Source of the DNA: the human T2T-CHM13v2.0 reference genome, Homo sapiens
NCBI RefSeq assembly: GCF_009914755.1
Contig: NC_060933.1
Length of the DNA: 64,000 bases
Strand: one strand, 5' to 3'
Below, in pieces: positions 35,795 through 50,832 of the stretch; within the stretch, counting starts at the first letter, position 1; each line of letters starts with the position of its first letter. Under the pieces are notes generated by a model. That model ran no database searches. It worked only from the letters and a program-made list of their open reading frames with translations, and was not told the DNA's origin. Both the position numbers and the translations under genes were made by a program.

Positions 35795-36195
35795 ATTGCT
35801 ATGTTTTCACCAAACCCTGGTTCATTGGCTTCCTCCTGGGCATGCAGCTGGACTGCATTTCCCAGCCTCCCTTGCAGCTGGGAGTGGTCACATGACCCGG
35901 CTCTGGCCTGTGCAACGGGAGCTGAAATGATGTGGCTCCTCTGCTCCTGGTTTAGCTTGGTCCACAAGCATCCTTCCATGCTATCCTCCATGCTCCCTCT
36001 TTCTTCTCCCACATGGTTGCAGCAGAGGAGGATAAGGCCTTAGGTGATGACAGGGTCACGGGGTGAAGGGGCCCGGGCCCCTGAGTGACCACATGGAGCA
36101 GAGCCCTTGCCCCTCCCTCCACCAGCCCCCAGGAGACTGTAATGCAAGCAAGAAATAAACTTCTCTTCGGGGGCTGTTTCTTACATTTGTTATGA
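35795..36195 (+). mobile_element. Old MaLR LTR (MLT1I/J-like)
   Basis: CATTTCCCAGCCTCCCTTGCAG...CACATGGAGCAGAGCCC...AGAAATAAACTTCT. Confidence 0.65.
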
Positions 36196-38849
36196 CTAAG
36201 TCAACATTTTCATCATCCCCATCCAGGGGAAGTCCTTTTCCACTGAAAAGGAATCCATCTCAGGGCTCCTTTAAAATAGAGAGCTCCTCCAGTGCCTTTG
36301 GCCTGGGATCCCTGAAGCTGGAGAGTGTCTGCCTCCGGCCCTGAGCCTAGCGCCTGCCTGAACCTCAGGGCATCTTCTCTGGGGCTCTGATTTACAGTGA
36401 CTCTGGGCTTCACCCCTTGCCCTCAGGTTCCCACCCCTGCTTTCCTCCTTCCTCGTGTCTGTAGTCTGTGGCCTTCTTCTTCCATCCTGCGGCCTCCCAT
36501 TTACTTTGACCATTGTCTGGGGTTGAAAGACCAAGGTTCAGGGGTCAGGTGTATCTATTTTTTTCCCTTCTCCCTGACAAATTGCTCCCTGTGGGCAGGG
36601 CCCGCGCTGGCTCACTGTGAACTTCCTCCTACACAGTAGAAGGTTGAGCACACAGGGGCCGCTTCTGGAACGCCACATTCTTTGCAGTTCCACAGTGTGG
36701 AAGGCCCTGAGGGGGTTGCTCCCGGGATCCCATGTTCCCTGGGGCACTCGGATTCCAAAGAGAGAAGCCGGCCTCTGTTTCCGGCTCATTTCCTAAGTGA
36801 GCCACTGCAGGGCTCCAGAAAGGTGGAGTCCAGGCAGCTGGCTCTGGCCTCTTTTCCCAGCTACACACAGCATCCTGGCCCCTGTCCACAGCCCCTCCAT
36901 GTCTGGGAGACCAAGAGACAGGTCTAATGCCGTGCCCAACCTATCCCCACTGTGGGAAACTCTTTCCATCACCCTTCCTCCCAGCGGGGACCACTTTCCA
37001 CCTTTTAAATAATTAAGTTGGTCTCCAAACCACCAGTTACCAAACCCTTCTGCCCTTGGTAATCTTCCAAAAAATTTACAACAACAACTCTCCTTGCTGT
37101 GTGCCAGGCCCCAGGCTAAGCCACTTATACCCTAGATACCAATCCCTGGGGATGGATGTCATCAGTATCCCCATTTGACAGATAAGGAAGGTGAGGTTCA
37201 AAGGGCCTCCTGCCCCCCGTCGCCCCCGCCCTGGCCCTGTACCAGCTTCGAATGCAGTGGCAGGGGGCCACGATCTTGTGCCCAGGCCTGGTTCTCCTAC
37301 CCCCAGCAGCGGGAGAGAATGCCGGGGAGGCACGAAGCCGATCCCTCCCCAGGGGGCTCCCACAGCTCCCAAGCTCACTGACACTTGGGTTTCCTTCCTC
37401 TCCTCTGGCCCTCCCCTGGCCCCCTCTGCTGCACCCCCAGCTTGTCCCACCCACCCTTGAGCTCGACCCCTCTCCCTCCCCGGTTCCCACCATCAAAAGC
37501 GCCTGCTGCGGGGCTTGGCTCTGTTTGGTTTCTCCAGAGCCTGCCCAGGGAGCTCTGCCTCTCGGAGGCTGTGTGCTCACTTTGCAAAACAGCAGAAATT
37601 TATAGCCCAAGTAATTGATCACGGCGCTTCTGCCTCCCTCCATCTCTCTCGGGCTCCTAATTCCCTTCTCCCGCTCTTCTCTTTTTTCTCAGCGCGCCAT
37701 CTGTGGTGTCAGAGAAAAGGAAGCCAAAAGTGGGGGGGTGTTTCTAGTCCCAGTTCTGCCAATTACGAGTCACATGAACCTCAGTTTCCCCATCCGCAAA
37801 ACGGAGAAGCTAATAATACCTGCTCACAAGTGTGCCGGGCCCGTGGAGGCCGGGGCCGGGAGGAGCACCCAGACGGAGTGACTTCTGGCCCTGAGCCACC
37901 CTGTGGGGGTGCAGGGTGGGGTGGGGGCCCACCTTCCCAATGGGGACACTGGGGCCAAGAGAGCTCGAGCCATTCACTCAGGGTCGCAGAGCTGGTAAAC
38001 AGCAGCCCTGGGGCTTGAACCAGGTGAGTTGTACCTCAAAGACGGAACCATTAGGCCACACTCCCCCGACGCCGGCCCCAGGGCCCATCAGAAAACAGGT
38101 GAGCCTCCCCAGGCCTCCCAGACCCCTATTTCACTCCATTCTGGAGCTAACTGTGGGGCAGAAGGAGAGGCCACTAGGGCAAAGTGAACACTTTGCAAAT
38201 TGTAGAGAGCCGCGAGGATGGAAGGAAACTTCACAATCATTCCCATCACTCTTCAGCGCCGGCCCCCCTGGATCAGACCCCTCCACTGTCTGGGAGACTC
38301 ACTGGGACCTAAGAGCTTCCCTGGCCCTCAGTTGCTGTCTCTCCCTCCAGAGAAGCTGTATGAATAGCGGCCTCCCTCCGGCCAGGCCCCTACACCTGCC
38401 AGTCTCCAGGAAGGCCCACAGAACCTTGCAGAACAACTCACAAATGACCCTGAAGAGCACTTCACTCGCCCTTCCGTGGCAGATGAGGCAGCAGACCTGG
38501 GAGGGGAGGCCCAGGTTCCCGGCCCGAGCTCTGGGGGGCCCGGGGCTGGAAACTCCCCTCTGAGCCCCACTCCAGGGCGGGGCTGAGGCCATTCCTGACC
38601 CCTTCTGTTCGGTTCTGGGGGATGGGGGACGAGTGCTTCCAGGGGGGAAAGTGCTTGTCTTTTTTCCCCTCCGCCCTCAGTCTAGCTTGTCTCTGCCTGT
38701 GTACGTCTCTCTGTCTCTCGCTGTCTCTGTGTGTGTCTTTCTCTCCAAGCCCCCAGCCCGCAGGTACGGGCTTGCTTCCACCCGTGCGTGGCCCCCAAGA
38801 CTGAGCACAGCTCCTCGGGTGTTTGCATCCAAGGTGCCCACAGCGCCCC

Positions 38850-39560
38850 GGCCTCCTCCCTTCCCCATGGCAGCCCCGGGGGTTGCTCTGGGCAGGGCGG
38901 TCCGCAGCTCGGGGGCGGCGGGCACGTTCTGTTCCCCGCTTTCGGGCGGGGACCGCAGGCTCCAGCCCCGGCGGCTGCCTGCTCCCGCCTGGCTGGCGGA
39001 GATGAGAGCCGGCTGCAGGGCTGGGAGCGAGGCAGCAGCACACAGAACAAACAGAATTTTTTTTTGCAACTAGAGGGGGAAGCACAGAGCTAAAAATAAA
39101 ACGAAAAGATCAGTATCTGTCAGTCTGACAGCTGATTGGCTGCTCGGAGATGCATATAATTACCAGCAACTGGCGCTGGGTAGGCAAAGCCGGGAGAAAC
39201 TGCTGAGACGAGGTTAGGATTTAACCTTTAAATTCTGGAGCCATCGGAAACCGAGGGGAGGACGACGGGTGTCGGTGCTAATGAGGCTGGGGGCGGGCGA
39301 TGCGCGGTGGGCCTCCGAGTCCGGGGCAGGTCTCGGGGGTTCCCCGGGGAAGGCCCTGGGAGCCCTTGGCCCTGGCGGCCTCCGCCATCAGACTGGGAAT
39401 GTCTCTGATTGGGTGGCCAGGAGGCGGTGGCCCTCCTCCCCGCCCAGCTGAGGGGTGTCGTCTTCCGCGAAGTTAGGGTCTCACCTGGGAGGCAAGGAGG
39501 GAGGGGGCTGCCTGAGGCCCTGGGCCCCTCCGGGACTGGCGCACCCCGTCTCACCCACAT
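38850..39560. promoter_or_regulatory. CpG island / promoter of C9orf106 (LINC02913)
   Basis: High CpG density around an AT-rich core containing MEF2 CTAAAAATAA (39090-99), an inverted TGACAG pair (39117-31), reverse CCAAT (39135-39) and ATGCATATAATTA (39150-62, POU/TATA-like). Confidence 0.8.
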
Positions 39561-39979
39561 TCCTTCGCCTTTCCCTGCCCAGTGTGGATTTCCAAAACCC
39601 ATCCCCGCTCCCCTCCTTCCTTCACCCCAAGTCACCCGTTCCCAGCTCTGTTTCTTGCCCCACCCAGGGAGGGCTTTTCCGCACCTCAGGCTTGTCCTAG
39701 GGCCCCCAGACAGACAAAAACTGCGGCAGTTGAGGGGTGTTGTGCTCTCCCTAAGCCTCAATTTCTTCATCTGTTAAAGGCAGGTGATGAAAATTGGGCC
39801 TACCTGGCTGCTGGTCAAATGCCAGGGCTGCTGTGGGCCCAGCCTTGCATGTTGACTCTCACCTGAGCCAGGAGTCAGGAGATCGGGGTTCTAGTCCAGC
39901 TGGGAATTGTCCCAGTGTGAATTGGGAGTAAGAGTTCCTGCCCTCTGACCTCTCCAGGTGGCAGCGGGGACCACGTGAG

Positions 39980-40678
39980 ATGGCGTATGTGGCCTTGAGC
40001 GATAAACCTCACCTGTCGGGGGAGGTGGGCGAGGAAGCCTGCAGCTCCTGGAACCCACCACTTTTCTCTCCCAGGCCCTTGCCCAGGCTGTGGCCTCTGC
40101 CTGGAACCCCTTTTCTTCCCATCCGAGCCCTTCCCTTCAGTGCCTCTTCCTCTGGGAAGTCCTCTCTGGTGCCCAGCCCGTCCTCTTCTGCCCACTCTGG
40201 GTTTCGCACCCCATGCTTAGGCCCTGATTGCCTGCTTTGCACACAGGGCTGTGAGCTCCATGAGGGCAGGAACCACATGGCTGTTCACAGCTGTGTTGCC
40301 AGGGCCTGGCCTGGAGACCCTCAGGAAGTGAGACATCTGAATCCTCTGCTCTGTGACCCTGGCAGCCAGGTAGAGCCATCTTGGCCATGGCACCCAGGCT
40401 TGGAGCAAGCAGCAGCCTCATGGGTGGGGAACCACGTTTCCCCAGCACATCGGCAGGCCCTAAGGGGACATTCGCTTGGCTCTGCCCTCAGAGCACTGAT
40501 GCCCGGGGGACACTGCCCTTTGTGTGTCCCATGTAAGAGAGGATGCAACCTTAGAGGGGGCAGGGGTAAACATGGTCCCAGGCCCTGTTGTCCCCTCCTA
40601 AGAAAGTTCCCAGTTCTGCCTGTCCATCCCTGGCCTTTTCCCTGTGCTGTCTGGGACAGTGGGTGGAGCTGCCGCTGA
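39980..40678 (+). CDS. C9orf106: 232-aa uncharacterised ORF of C9orf106 (locus now treated as lncRNA LINC02913); translation doubtful
   Basis: ATG in strong Kozak context (G at -3 and +4), ~0.8 kb downstream of a CpG-island promoter. Sequence and length match my recollection of C9orf106 (not database-checked). No recognisable domain; contains an L2-derived stretch. Confidence 0.55.
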   Translation: MAYVALSDKPHLSGEVGEEACSSWNPPLFSPRPLPRLWPLPGTPFLPIRALPFSASSSGKSSLVPSPSSSAHSGFRTPCLGPDCLLCTQGCELHEGRNHMAVHSCVARAWPGDPQEVRHLNPLLCDPGSQVEPSWPWHPGLEQAAASWVGNHVSPAHRQALRGHSLGSALRALMPGGHCPLCVPCKRGCNLRGGRGKHGPRPCCPLLRKFPVLPVHPWPFPCAVWDSGWSCR

Positions 40679-40789
40679 GCGGTGGGACCTAGAAAACACA
40701 TACTGACCTATAGGAGGCACTGCCCAGAGCTCCTAACTGGGGTGGGGTGCAAAGGAAAGGTGGGTGAGGGAGGCAGAGAGAAATCATAT

Positions 40790-41010
40790 TAGTAGCTCAC
40801 ACGTCAACAGTCTAGCTGTGTGCCTGCCTCTCTCATGCACTTCATGGGGATTATTTCCTAGAATTCCCACAAGAGCCCCTTGCAGGTGGTGCGATTGTTA
40901 GCTATAATTTGAAGATGAGGAAACTGAGGCACAGAGTAGTTAAGCAATGCACCCAGGAGCCCACAGCTAGGGAGGACAGAGGCTGGATCCAGCCCAGTCC
41001 CCTGTCTCCT
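40790..41010 (-). mobile_element. MIR fragment
   Basis: GAAGATGAGGAAACTGAGGCACAGAG. Confidence 0.7.
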
Positions 41011-42738
41011 GGGGCCAGGCCCAGCGCTCCCACCTCTCTGATAAGGATAAAAAGGAGGGAGCGGGAAGGGAGATATTCCAGAGGCAACTACCATGAGACC
41101 TCCCGGCAGAGAGGCTTGAAAACATCTTTTGTGTGTGGTACGCAAACCATTTCCCCTTTGGTGTCTCTTTGAAAGATTTTGGGAAGATTTAAACTTTTTT
41201 TCAATGATTTGGGGATGTCAGACTGGTGTTTTTTTGAGGGTGACACCGTGATGAGACTGGCCCCCAAGGCAGCCCCGTTTTACTCAGGTTATGGTAATAG
41301 AACTTCTGCAGCCTCAAAAGCAGCTTCCGCCGACTGAGCGCTCACCCCGGGGTCCGTGCTGGACTCAGCCTTGACTCGGATGCCCACCCTGAGCCCCACC
41401 CGAGAAAGGGATTATTTCATCCCTGCATTATTTCCTTACAGCTGATGGCAGAATCTGCTCATCTCCAAATTCGCTGTCTCCCCGTTAGGAGTGAGCTTGG
41501 TGAGGGCTCCAATCTGGTCTCTCCCGTTCATTGCTGAGTCCCTGGCACCCAGCATCAGCCCCGCATGGAGCAGCTAGTCAATAAAGCTTTGCTGGACACA
41601 TTTCAGATGAAGAGACTGAGGGTCAGAGAGGTCACATGGCTTGCTTGGAAGAAACATCAGATTTGTCTGGCTCAAGAGTCCACTTCTGGCTCCCCCCTCA
41701 CACAGTTGCTTAAGAGACCCCCAGCCCAAGACAGCCTCAGAGCCTGGGTCTTCCCCCCCTCCGCCCATTCTCAGGCCCTTATACTAAAACCAGAGAGGCC
41801 TCTGAACTGCTGTCTGCCCCCCCCAACCTTTTCCTTGCTTATCTGGGAATCACGCAAAAGTTGGCCAGAGTTAGCTCAGTCTCAGAGAAGCTGCATTCTT
41901 CTAGAGTCACTCGGTTTTGCGTGACCTGATTCAAATTTTCCATCTTTGTCACTTTGATTCCCACTCTGAGAAGTTTTCTCAGTACATATAACCTTACTAT
42001 GTGATGACTGGCCTGGGTATTCATATGTGCACTTGTTACCTGTTGCTTATCTCCTGGGGGACCCCTGGTTCAGAGGGGTTTAAGCAGGTGTCCTGGTGAG
42101 ACCGGGGTTATAATCAGAGACTCTCAGGGTTAGAGCTTGGCCCTGCCACTGAGTGGCCTTGGGAGTCTCATTTGACCTCTCTGAACCTTGGATTCCTCAC
42201 TTGTGAAATGGGGACAGGTTGAGTTCCTGCATGGAAAGTGTCTTGCTTGATGTCTCGCCAAAAGACCAAAACTGCCGTCACTCACTGCCGGAGAGGCCCT
42301 GCACGTGGATATTAGAGTTTGCTGGGTTTTGTTTGTCCTGAGCGAATGTCCGTCCATGTACAGGCTGATGGATTTTGTAGGTGCAAGGTCCCTAACGCAA
42401 TCAATCTCTCTCCTCAAAAGACCATGAGCATGCCTGGACTCAGAGAGCACCGTGTGTGGGGGGCTGGCGTGGGCACGTGTCCGCAGCTGGGACTGGCTTC
42501 TAGGGTTCTGGGCTCAGGCAGGAGGGCGGGGTCCCAGGAGGTCATCTCTCTCTCCTTACCCTGGAGCCTTTGGAATTTGGTTTCCAAATGTCCTGAATTC
42601 CTGTTCATTAATATGTGGCTCAGTACAGTGCTTGTCCCGGCAGCAGGAGCTTGGTTGGTGTTAGTCTGCTGGGGAATGGGATAAAGCAGAGAAATGTCAA
42701 GCTTTCCCTTAAAAACAAAAAACAAAAGCAAACCCTCA

Positions 42739-43352
<614 letters not shown>

Positions 43353-43690
43353 TCAGTAGCCCAGCTGTGGGCCTGAGCCCCAGGTGCTCCAGTGGGCAGG
43401 ATGGAGTCCTGGTCTTCAGCAAGGCTCAGCTTGGTGGGGGAGACACATCCCCGACCCCAGACAGACTTTGAGTTCTGGCAGCTGGGCACTGGGGGAGCTT
43501 TCTGGGAACAAGCGTGAACCACACATGGTCCCTGCCCTGGAGTCGCTTACATCTCCCAGGAGAGGGGGATACATCCACAGACTGTGAACACATGGGCCTA
43601 AGAGGGGCCACCCAGGGCTGCAGAACTGATCCATCCCATACAAAATCACTGAAAAGACCCCCACAGACCTTGCTTAAAAATAGTCTTCTT

Positions 43691-43999
<309 letters not shown>

Positions 44000-44190
44000 T
44001 CAGAGTTCAGGTCGTTCATTGTGAATGGATGGTGCATCTTTTACATCTAAGTGGACTCCTTTTTAAGCCGTATTTGAGACCTAGTTGGCTTTCCCTTCCC
44101 AAGAATGTCCTGGCCCATGGTCCTGGAGACCTCTGAACCTGGGTGTCCAGCTACTAGACACGTAAAAACCATTTCTAAGTACCCCTTGTG

Positions 44191-44490
44191 GGCCAGGCTT
44201 ATATCTGTAATCCCAACACTTAGGGAGGCTGAGGCAGGAGGATTACTTGAGCCCAGGAGTTTGAGACCAGCTTGGGCAACAGGGTGAGACCCAGTGTCTA
44301 CAAAGAGTAAGATGATTAGTGGAACATGCTGGTGTGCACCTGTAGTCCCAGCTACTTGGAGGCTGAGGTAGGAAGATCACTTGAGCCTGGGAGGTTGAGG
44401 CTGCAGTGAGTCTTGATTGTGCCACTGTACTCCAGCCTGGACAACACAGTGAGATCCTGTCTCAAAAAAAAAAAAAAAAAAAAAAAAGAA
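44191..44490 (+). mobile_element. AluJ-like
   Basis: Full dimer with A tail. Confidence 0.9.
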
Positions 44491-45160
44491 GCCCTTGTGT
44501 CCCTCCCCTGCAATCCTGTGCTGTGCCCAGAGGTGGCTTCCAGTCCAGAATGGAGAAGACGCATTCCGGCCGTCATGGGCTCTGGGGACCCCACCTCCTC
44601 CAGGCTGCTGGCAGATGGAGAAAATGTGTCTGGGGCAGAGGCTACGAGCTGAAGTTGCCAGTTGATAGCAGCACCTGCTGTATCCATCTGACCTTCCAGC
44701 TCTCACCTTTAACCTTTGCACTCTCCTGACCAGTATCTCCAAGGCCTCCAATCTCCTGTGGGTTGTGGGGTGGAAGTGAGAGGGGTAGGGGAGGGAAGAG
44801 GTCTGCCTGGGAGGAGCCAGGGAAGCAGCTGGGGTGGAAGCCCCACAGAGACCCCACTCCCTGGAATGCTTCTGGGCTGGCCGCACCCCCACGCTTGGTG
44901 CAGGTTTCTACAAGAAATTCAAATGTGTCTGCGGCTGGATTCTGCCAGGCTCCCCTGAAACCTGCAAACAAGAGCCCACATGTCCTCGAGGACAGCTTGC
45001 AAGAGAACGGGGGACGAGGAGCATCTAGCGAAAACCCAGGATGAGTGCACGAGGTGCCCCTTCCCATCCTGGGCCTCACAGGGCAGCCTGTGGCCACCCC
45101 CATCGCCAGCAGGGCTGGGTGGGAGTGGGGAAACAAAGACTTTATTTTAAAGAAAAGATG

Positions 45161-45834
<674 letters not shown>

Positions 45835-46679
45835 TCAAATTTCTCAACTAATTCCTCTCTCTGTTCCCACTGGGAAAGTCCCTTCTTCTGTTATTTGCCC
45901 CAAGGCCCATGTTTGCCCAACGAGCAAACTGCATTTGTTAAGTAACATAAGCGTTCTCATTTTGGGTTACTGAAGGGCAGAGATGATGCCTGTTAACTCC
46001 CATCAGCTCCCAGCAGACTGAACAGGCACAGTGGGCTGACACCATCCCACCCAAAGCAAAGAAATGTGGTGGAGGAAGCCTGGGGCGGCCTGGCCTGCAG
46101 TAAAGGTGCAGTGACCGTCAGGGACTGGGAGAGGCTGTGAATAGCATGGAGCCAGTCCCCACACCAGAGAGCCTTTGAAGGCTTGCTCCACGGAACCAAT
46201 TGGGAACTGCTGGGCTAAGCCAGTTGGATGGAGGTGCAGTTCTGACCATCCCCGTGGCCACTCCCACTTCCCCTGGACAGCAGGGTATCCAGGGACAACT
46301 CAGTGGCTGTGGGATCACCCTGACTCTGCCATTTAGTAGGCTGTCCTTGGGGAGATGACTTCCCCTCTCTGAGACCTTGGGTCCCAGGGTCTCCCTCCTG
46401 GGTTGGGAGTGCTCTGTAAGGGCCAAGTGTCTTTCATGTCGCTGTCACCTCTCTTTCAGGTCTCCTGACTTCCCACCATGTGATGCAATGATCATCTTGC
46501 TGGATTTCTGTGATGAGAGAGGGATGCTGTGGTATAGAATAAACATGGAAATGGGTCTTGGGAAATTCCTCTGGAGTCCCTCTGAGGAGTGGTCTGTGAT
46601 GGGACAGGGGCCCTGGAAGGGGAGGGAGGAAGGCAGGTGTGGCCGCCCCTTAGGAGGCAGGCAGAGGGCACCCTGCAAC

Positions 46680-46830
46680 CAGGGTGCATCCAAGCGTTCC
46701 CCAACCTTAATGTGCCTTGACTCGCTGTGGGGTTTCGTTCAGATGCAGGTTCTGAGGGAGCAGGCCTGGCCAGGGGCTCCCAGGTGAGATGGAGGCTGTG
46801 CCAGCTGGGACCACATTCTTTGTAGTAAGG
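46680..46830. mobile_element. MER5-like hAT fragment
   Basis: AGATGCAGGTTCTGA...GGGACCACATTCTTTGTAGTAAGG. Confidence 0.5.
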
Positions 46831-47436
46831 GTGTTACGAATTCTTTTCACCCTCAGTGCCCACGCCTGAGCCTCTGGCTGGAGGGAAGTGGGCAGGCCAC
46901 TTGATGTCTGCAGAGATGCCTCCAGAAAGGCCCGAGAGCCCCAGAATGCATGTGCCAGGAAACACGAAGCAACATGAGGGTAAAATTATGTTTTTAACAG
47001 AAGAAAAGACCTCTGCCTTGCAGCGTGTAGACAGATTTCTATTCCCACCCCCACGCAGCCCCAGGGACCTGAAAGAATGTGGTTTTCTGAGCACGGCCTT
47101 CCGTTGCTGAAGGGGGCGGATCCACTCTTAAAAAGTTGCTGTAAAATGAATTTTTCTATATCAAATGCTATTTTCCAGTGGCTTGTGTTTTAAGACCATG
47201 GTTTCATTCCCACTGAGAAATACCCAGCCTTGGTGTTCCGGATGCAGCAACCACGAAGGGGTGGGGGCTCAAGGGTGCAGCCCAACCCATGTGTCCCATG
47301 TGTCCTTGTGTGGCAGAGCTGATGGGAGCTGGCACTAGGGTTTGGGATTCAAAGTCTGAATCCCAAGTGCTCCCCAAATGGGCTGAGGTCCCTGGCCAGA
47401 CCCTGGCCCAACACCACTCATTGTAAGATGGGAGTA

Positions 47437-47810
<374 letters not shown>

Positions 47811-47837
47811 TCAGCCAGAAAAGGAGCCAGGAGCTAG

Positions 47838-48207
<370 letters not shown>

Positions 48208-48249
48208 CAGACTCTGGATATTAGGCTGTGAGTATTTTTAGTTATTTTA

Positions 48250-48580
48250 ATTTTTATTTATTTATTTAGAGACAAGATCTTGTTCCATTGTTCAAACTGG
48301 AGTGTAGTGGCATGATCTTATCTCACCGCAGCCTTTAATTTTAAAGATAGGGTCTCACTTTGTCACCCAGGAACCTCGAACTCCTGGGCTCAAGCAATCT
48401 TCCCACCTCAGCCTCCCAAGTAGCTTGGATGACAGGTATGTGCCACCATGCCTGGCTTTTGTTGTTTTTGTTAGAGAAGTGGTTTTACCATGTTGCCCAG
48501 CCAGGCTGGCCTCAAGTGATTCTCTTGCCTCAGTCTCCCAAAGTGCCTGGGATTACAGGCATGAGCCACTGGGCCTGGCC
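48250..48580 (-). mobile_element. Fragmented AluJ pieces
   Basis: Rearranged antisense Alu segments. Confidence 0.75.
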
Positions 48581-48930
48581 TATTTTTAGTTTTGTATTGG
48601 GCACAATTGTTTAAAGTATTCAAGGAATCAGTTGCCATGACAGTTTGGCTCTGTGTCCCAAAGCGTGCTCTGAGGCTCTGACACCAGAGTTCCACGGTCA
48701 AAGGCCCCTGAGAAGTGCTATGTTAAGGGAACAGCTTCCTCGCCTAGAGGGGTCTACTTTAATATGCCAAGGAGCATGGGAATCTTGAACAGGAGACTGG
48801 AATCCACAGTCTGCCTCCATTCAACTGATCTTGGTTTTCCAGAGCAAAGCCTGGGATCAGCATTCCAAGGAACACACTTTGGGAACATAGTCGGTGGAAG
48901 GCTCTCATAACTAAAAGGTCTCTCTGTTTC

Positions 48931-49420
48931 TGTATTAGTTCCTTACCTACTGTGGAGTACAAATTATCCCAAACTTAGTGGCTTAAAATAGGCATTTTAG
49001 TATCTCAGTTTCTGTGGGTCAGGAATTCAGATGTGGCTTAGCTGGCTGGTCTGTCTTAAGGTTGCCATCAAGATGTCAGCTGGGGCTGTGGTCATCTGAA
49101 GCCTTGACTGAGGATAGAGGATCTGTTTCCTAAATGGCTCACTGACATGGCTGACAAAGAGGCTTCAGCTCCATGCCATGCAGACTTCAGCAGGCTGCTT
49201 GAGTTTCCCCACAATATGGCGGCTGGCTTCTCAGAGTGAGTGATGCAAGAGAGTGAGACTGAAGCTGCAGTACCTTTTATGACCTAGCCTTGAACAGTAC
49301 ATGCAGTCATTTCCTCAGTATCCTATTGGTTATGCAGGCCAGCCTGATTGATTGTGGAAATGTGTGAATGCCAGGAGGTGCGAATTGTTTGGAGACCATG
49401 TTGGAGGCCAACTGCCTTAG
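48931..49420 (-). mobile_element. MLT1F/G/H-like MaLR LTR
   Basis: TGTATTAGTT...CCCAAACTTAGTGGCTTAAAA...TTTCTGTGGGTCAGGAATTC. Confidence 0.8.
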
Positions 49421-50832
49421 TAACCATCACTTTGGTACCAGGACATGTAACTTGCCTCATTTGCACAGTTGCTTTTTCTTACCATTTTGTAGACATGAGT
49501 AACATTGGGAAGTGAACCTGTTAACCTGTGATATGAAGAGAAGGGGAAGAGACCAAAAATTTATCAGCCACACCAAGCCCTGGAAAACAGCGGTACTAAT
49601 AGCCCAGCCTCCCTTCCTGGGTGCTCACTCTGTACCAGGTACCTCATGGGCCTCAGGGTGCTATGCAACCCCTGTCCCCATGAGCAGGTTCCACTGATAT
49701 TTTCAAGTCAGGCCACTCATGCCTATGAAATGCATGAAATGAGATTTTTTTGTGATGTTGGCTATGGCAACACACGTGGCTCTGCCTGATGGAAGCTGAG
49801 ACAAAATTGGTAACCTGAGCGAACCCGTGTGGAGAAGATTTGAGCAGAGAGTAAGCTTAGGATGGATAAATGCCCACGATAAACAAATAATAAATAGATG
49901 AGATGAAATATTTATTTCATGTACAGGATGAGGATTAAATACGTTAACAAGATGAGGAGTCAGGGTGAGCCTGGGGAATCCCTGGTTTCACTGGAGCCTC
50001 CTGGCTGGGAGAAGTGTCACGTCTCCAGGCTGGGGCAGCGGCAGGGCTCCCTGGTTGGGAGGTCTAGTGGTGACACGTGGAACACCTGGTGGTGAGCCCC
50101 AGAATGCCTGTGTCCCAGGCCGACCCATACTGGTCATGAGCTGTGTGATCCAGGCAAGTGACTTCACGGACCTCAGTTTCCCATCTGCAAAATGGGATGA
50201 TAACAGCAAACTTCACCACTTGTGATGAGGATTCGGAGAGTGAATCTTTGGCCCAGCACAAGGCCTGTAAGGTGTTTCACATGGCAGAGTTGGTGGCGGG
50301 TCACCAAGGTGGTGGTGTCCCAGGTTGAAGGAACCTTTCTAGAAATTCCATTGCCTGGAAGGATCCAGTGACACACAGTGGACCCTGAGCCACAAAACAG
50401 ACTGTGGTAACTGCTGGGGCCTCCCGCAGGGTGATCCCCGAGGAGGCTGGGAGGAGCTCAGCCCTTTCTTCTGCTGGGGGCATGTGCAGGCATGGAGACT
50501 GCCCGGCCCCTTCCTGTCCTGTTGGGGCATGATTTTCAACAGAGGGAGGATTCTGGGCATGTTTTCCTTTGGAAGTCTCACCAGGCTGAGCAGGACTTAG
50601 AGGAACTCCGGCTACGTTTGCTGTCCCAACAAATAGACCAGGTATAGAGAGAACAGGCCCTGTGAGAGGTAGGGAAAGGAAGGGAGCTTTGGTGGGGAGA
50701 TTTTGGGGTCTTTCCTGTGGGTACCGAGGTTCTGGGCAGCTGGGTGTGCTGGCCTCCTCTCTGGACATGCTCTGTGGGCATCTTGGCTGTAAATTCCAGG
50801 CCCCCCTGCCAGGGATTCCCTCTCTGAGTCTT

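Noticed and set aside
39060-42300. Identity as MIAT or LINC00173
   Set aside because: No TACTAAC repeat array and no recalled sequence match; the C9orf106/LINC01503 arrangement fits better.
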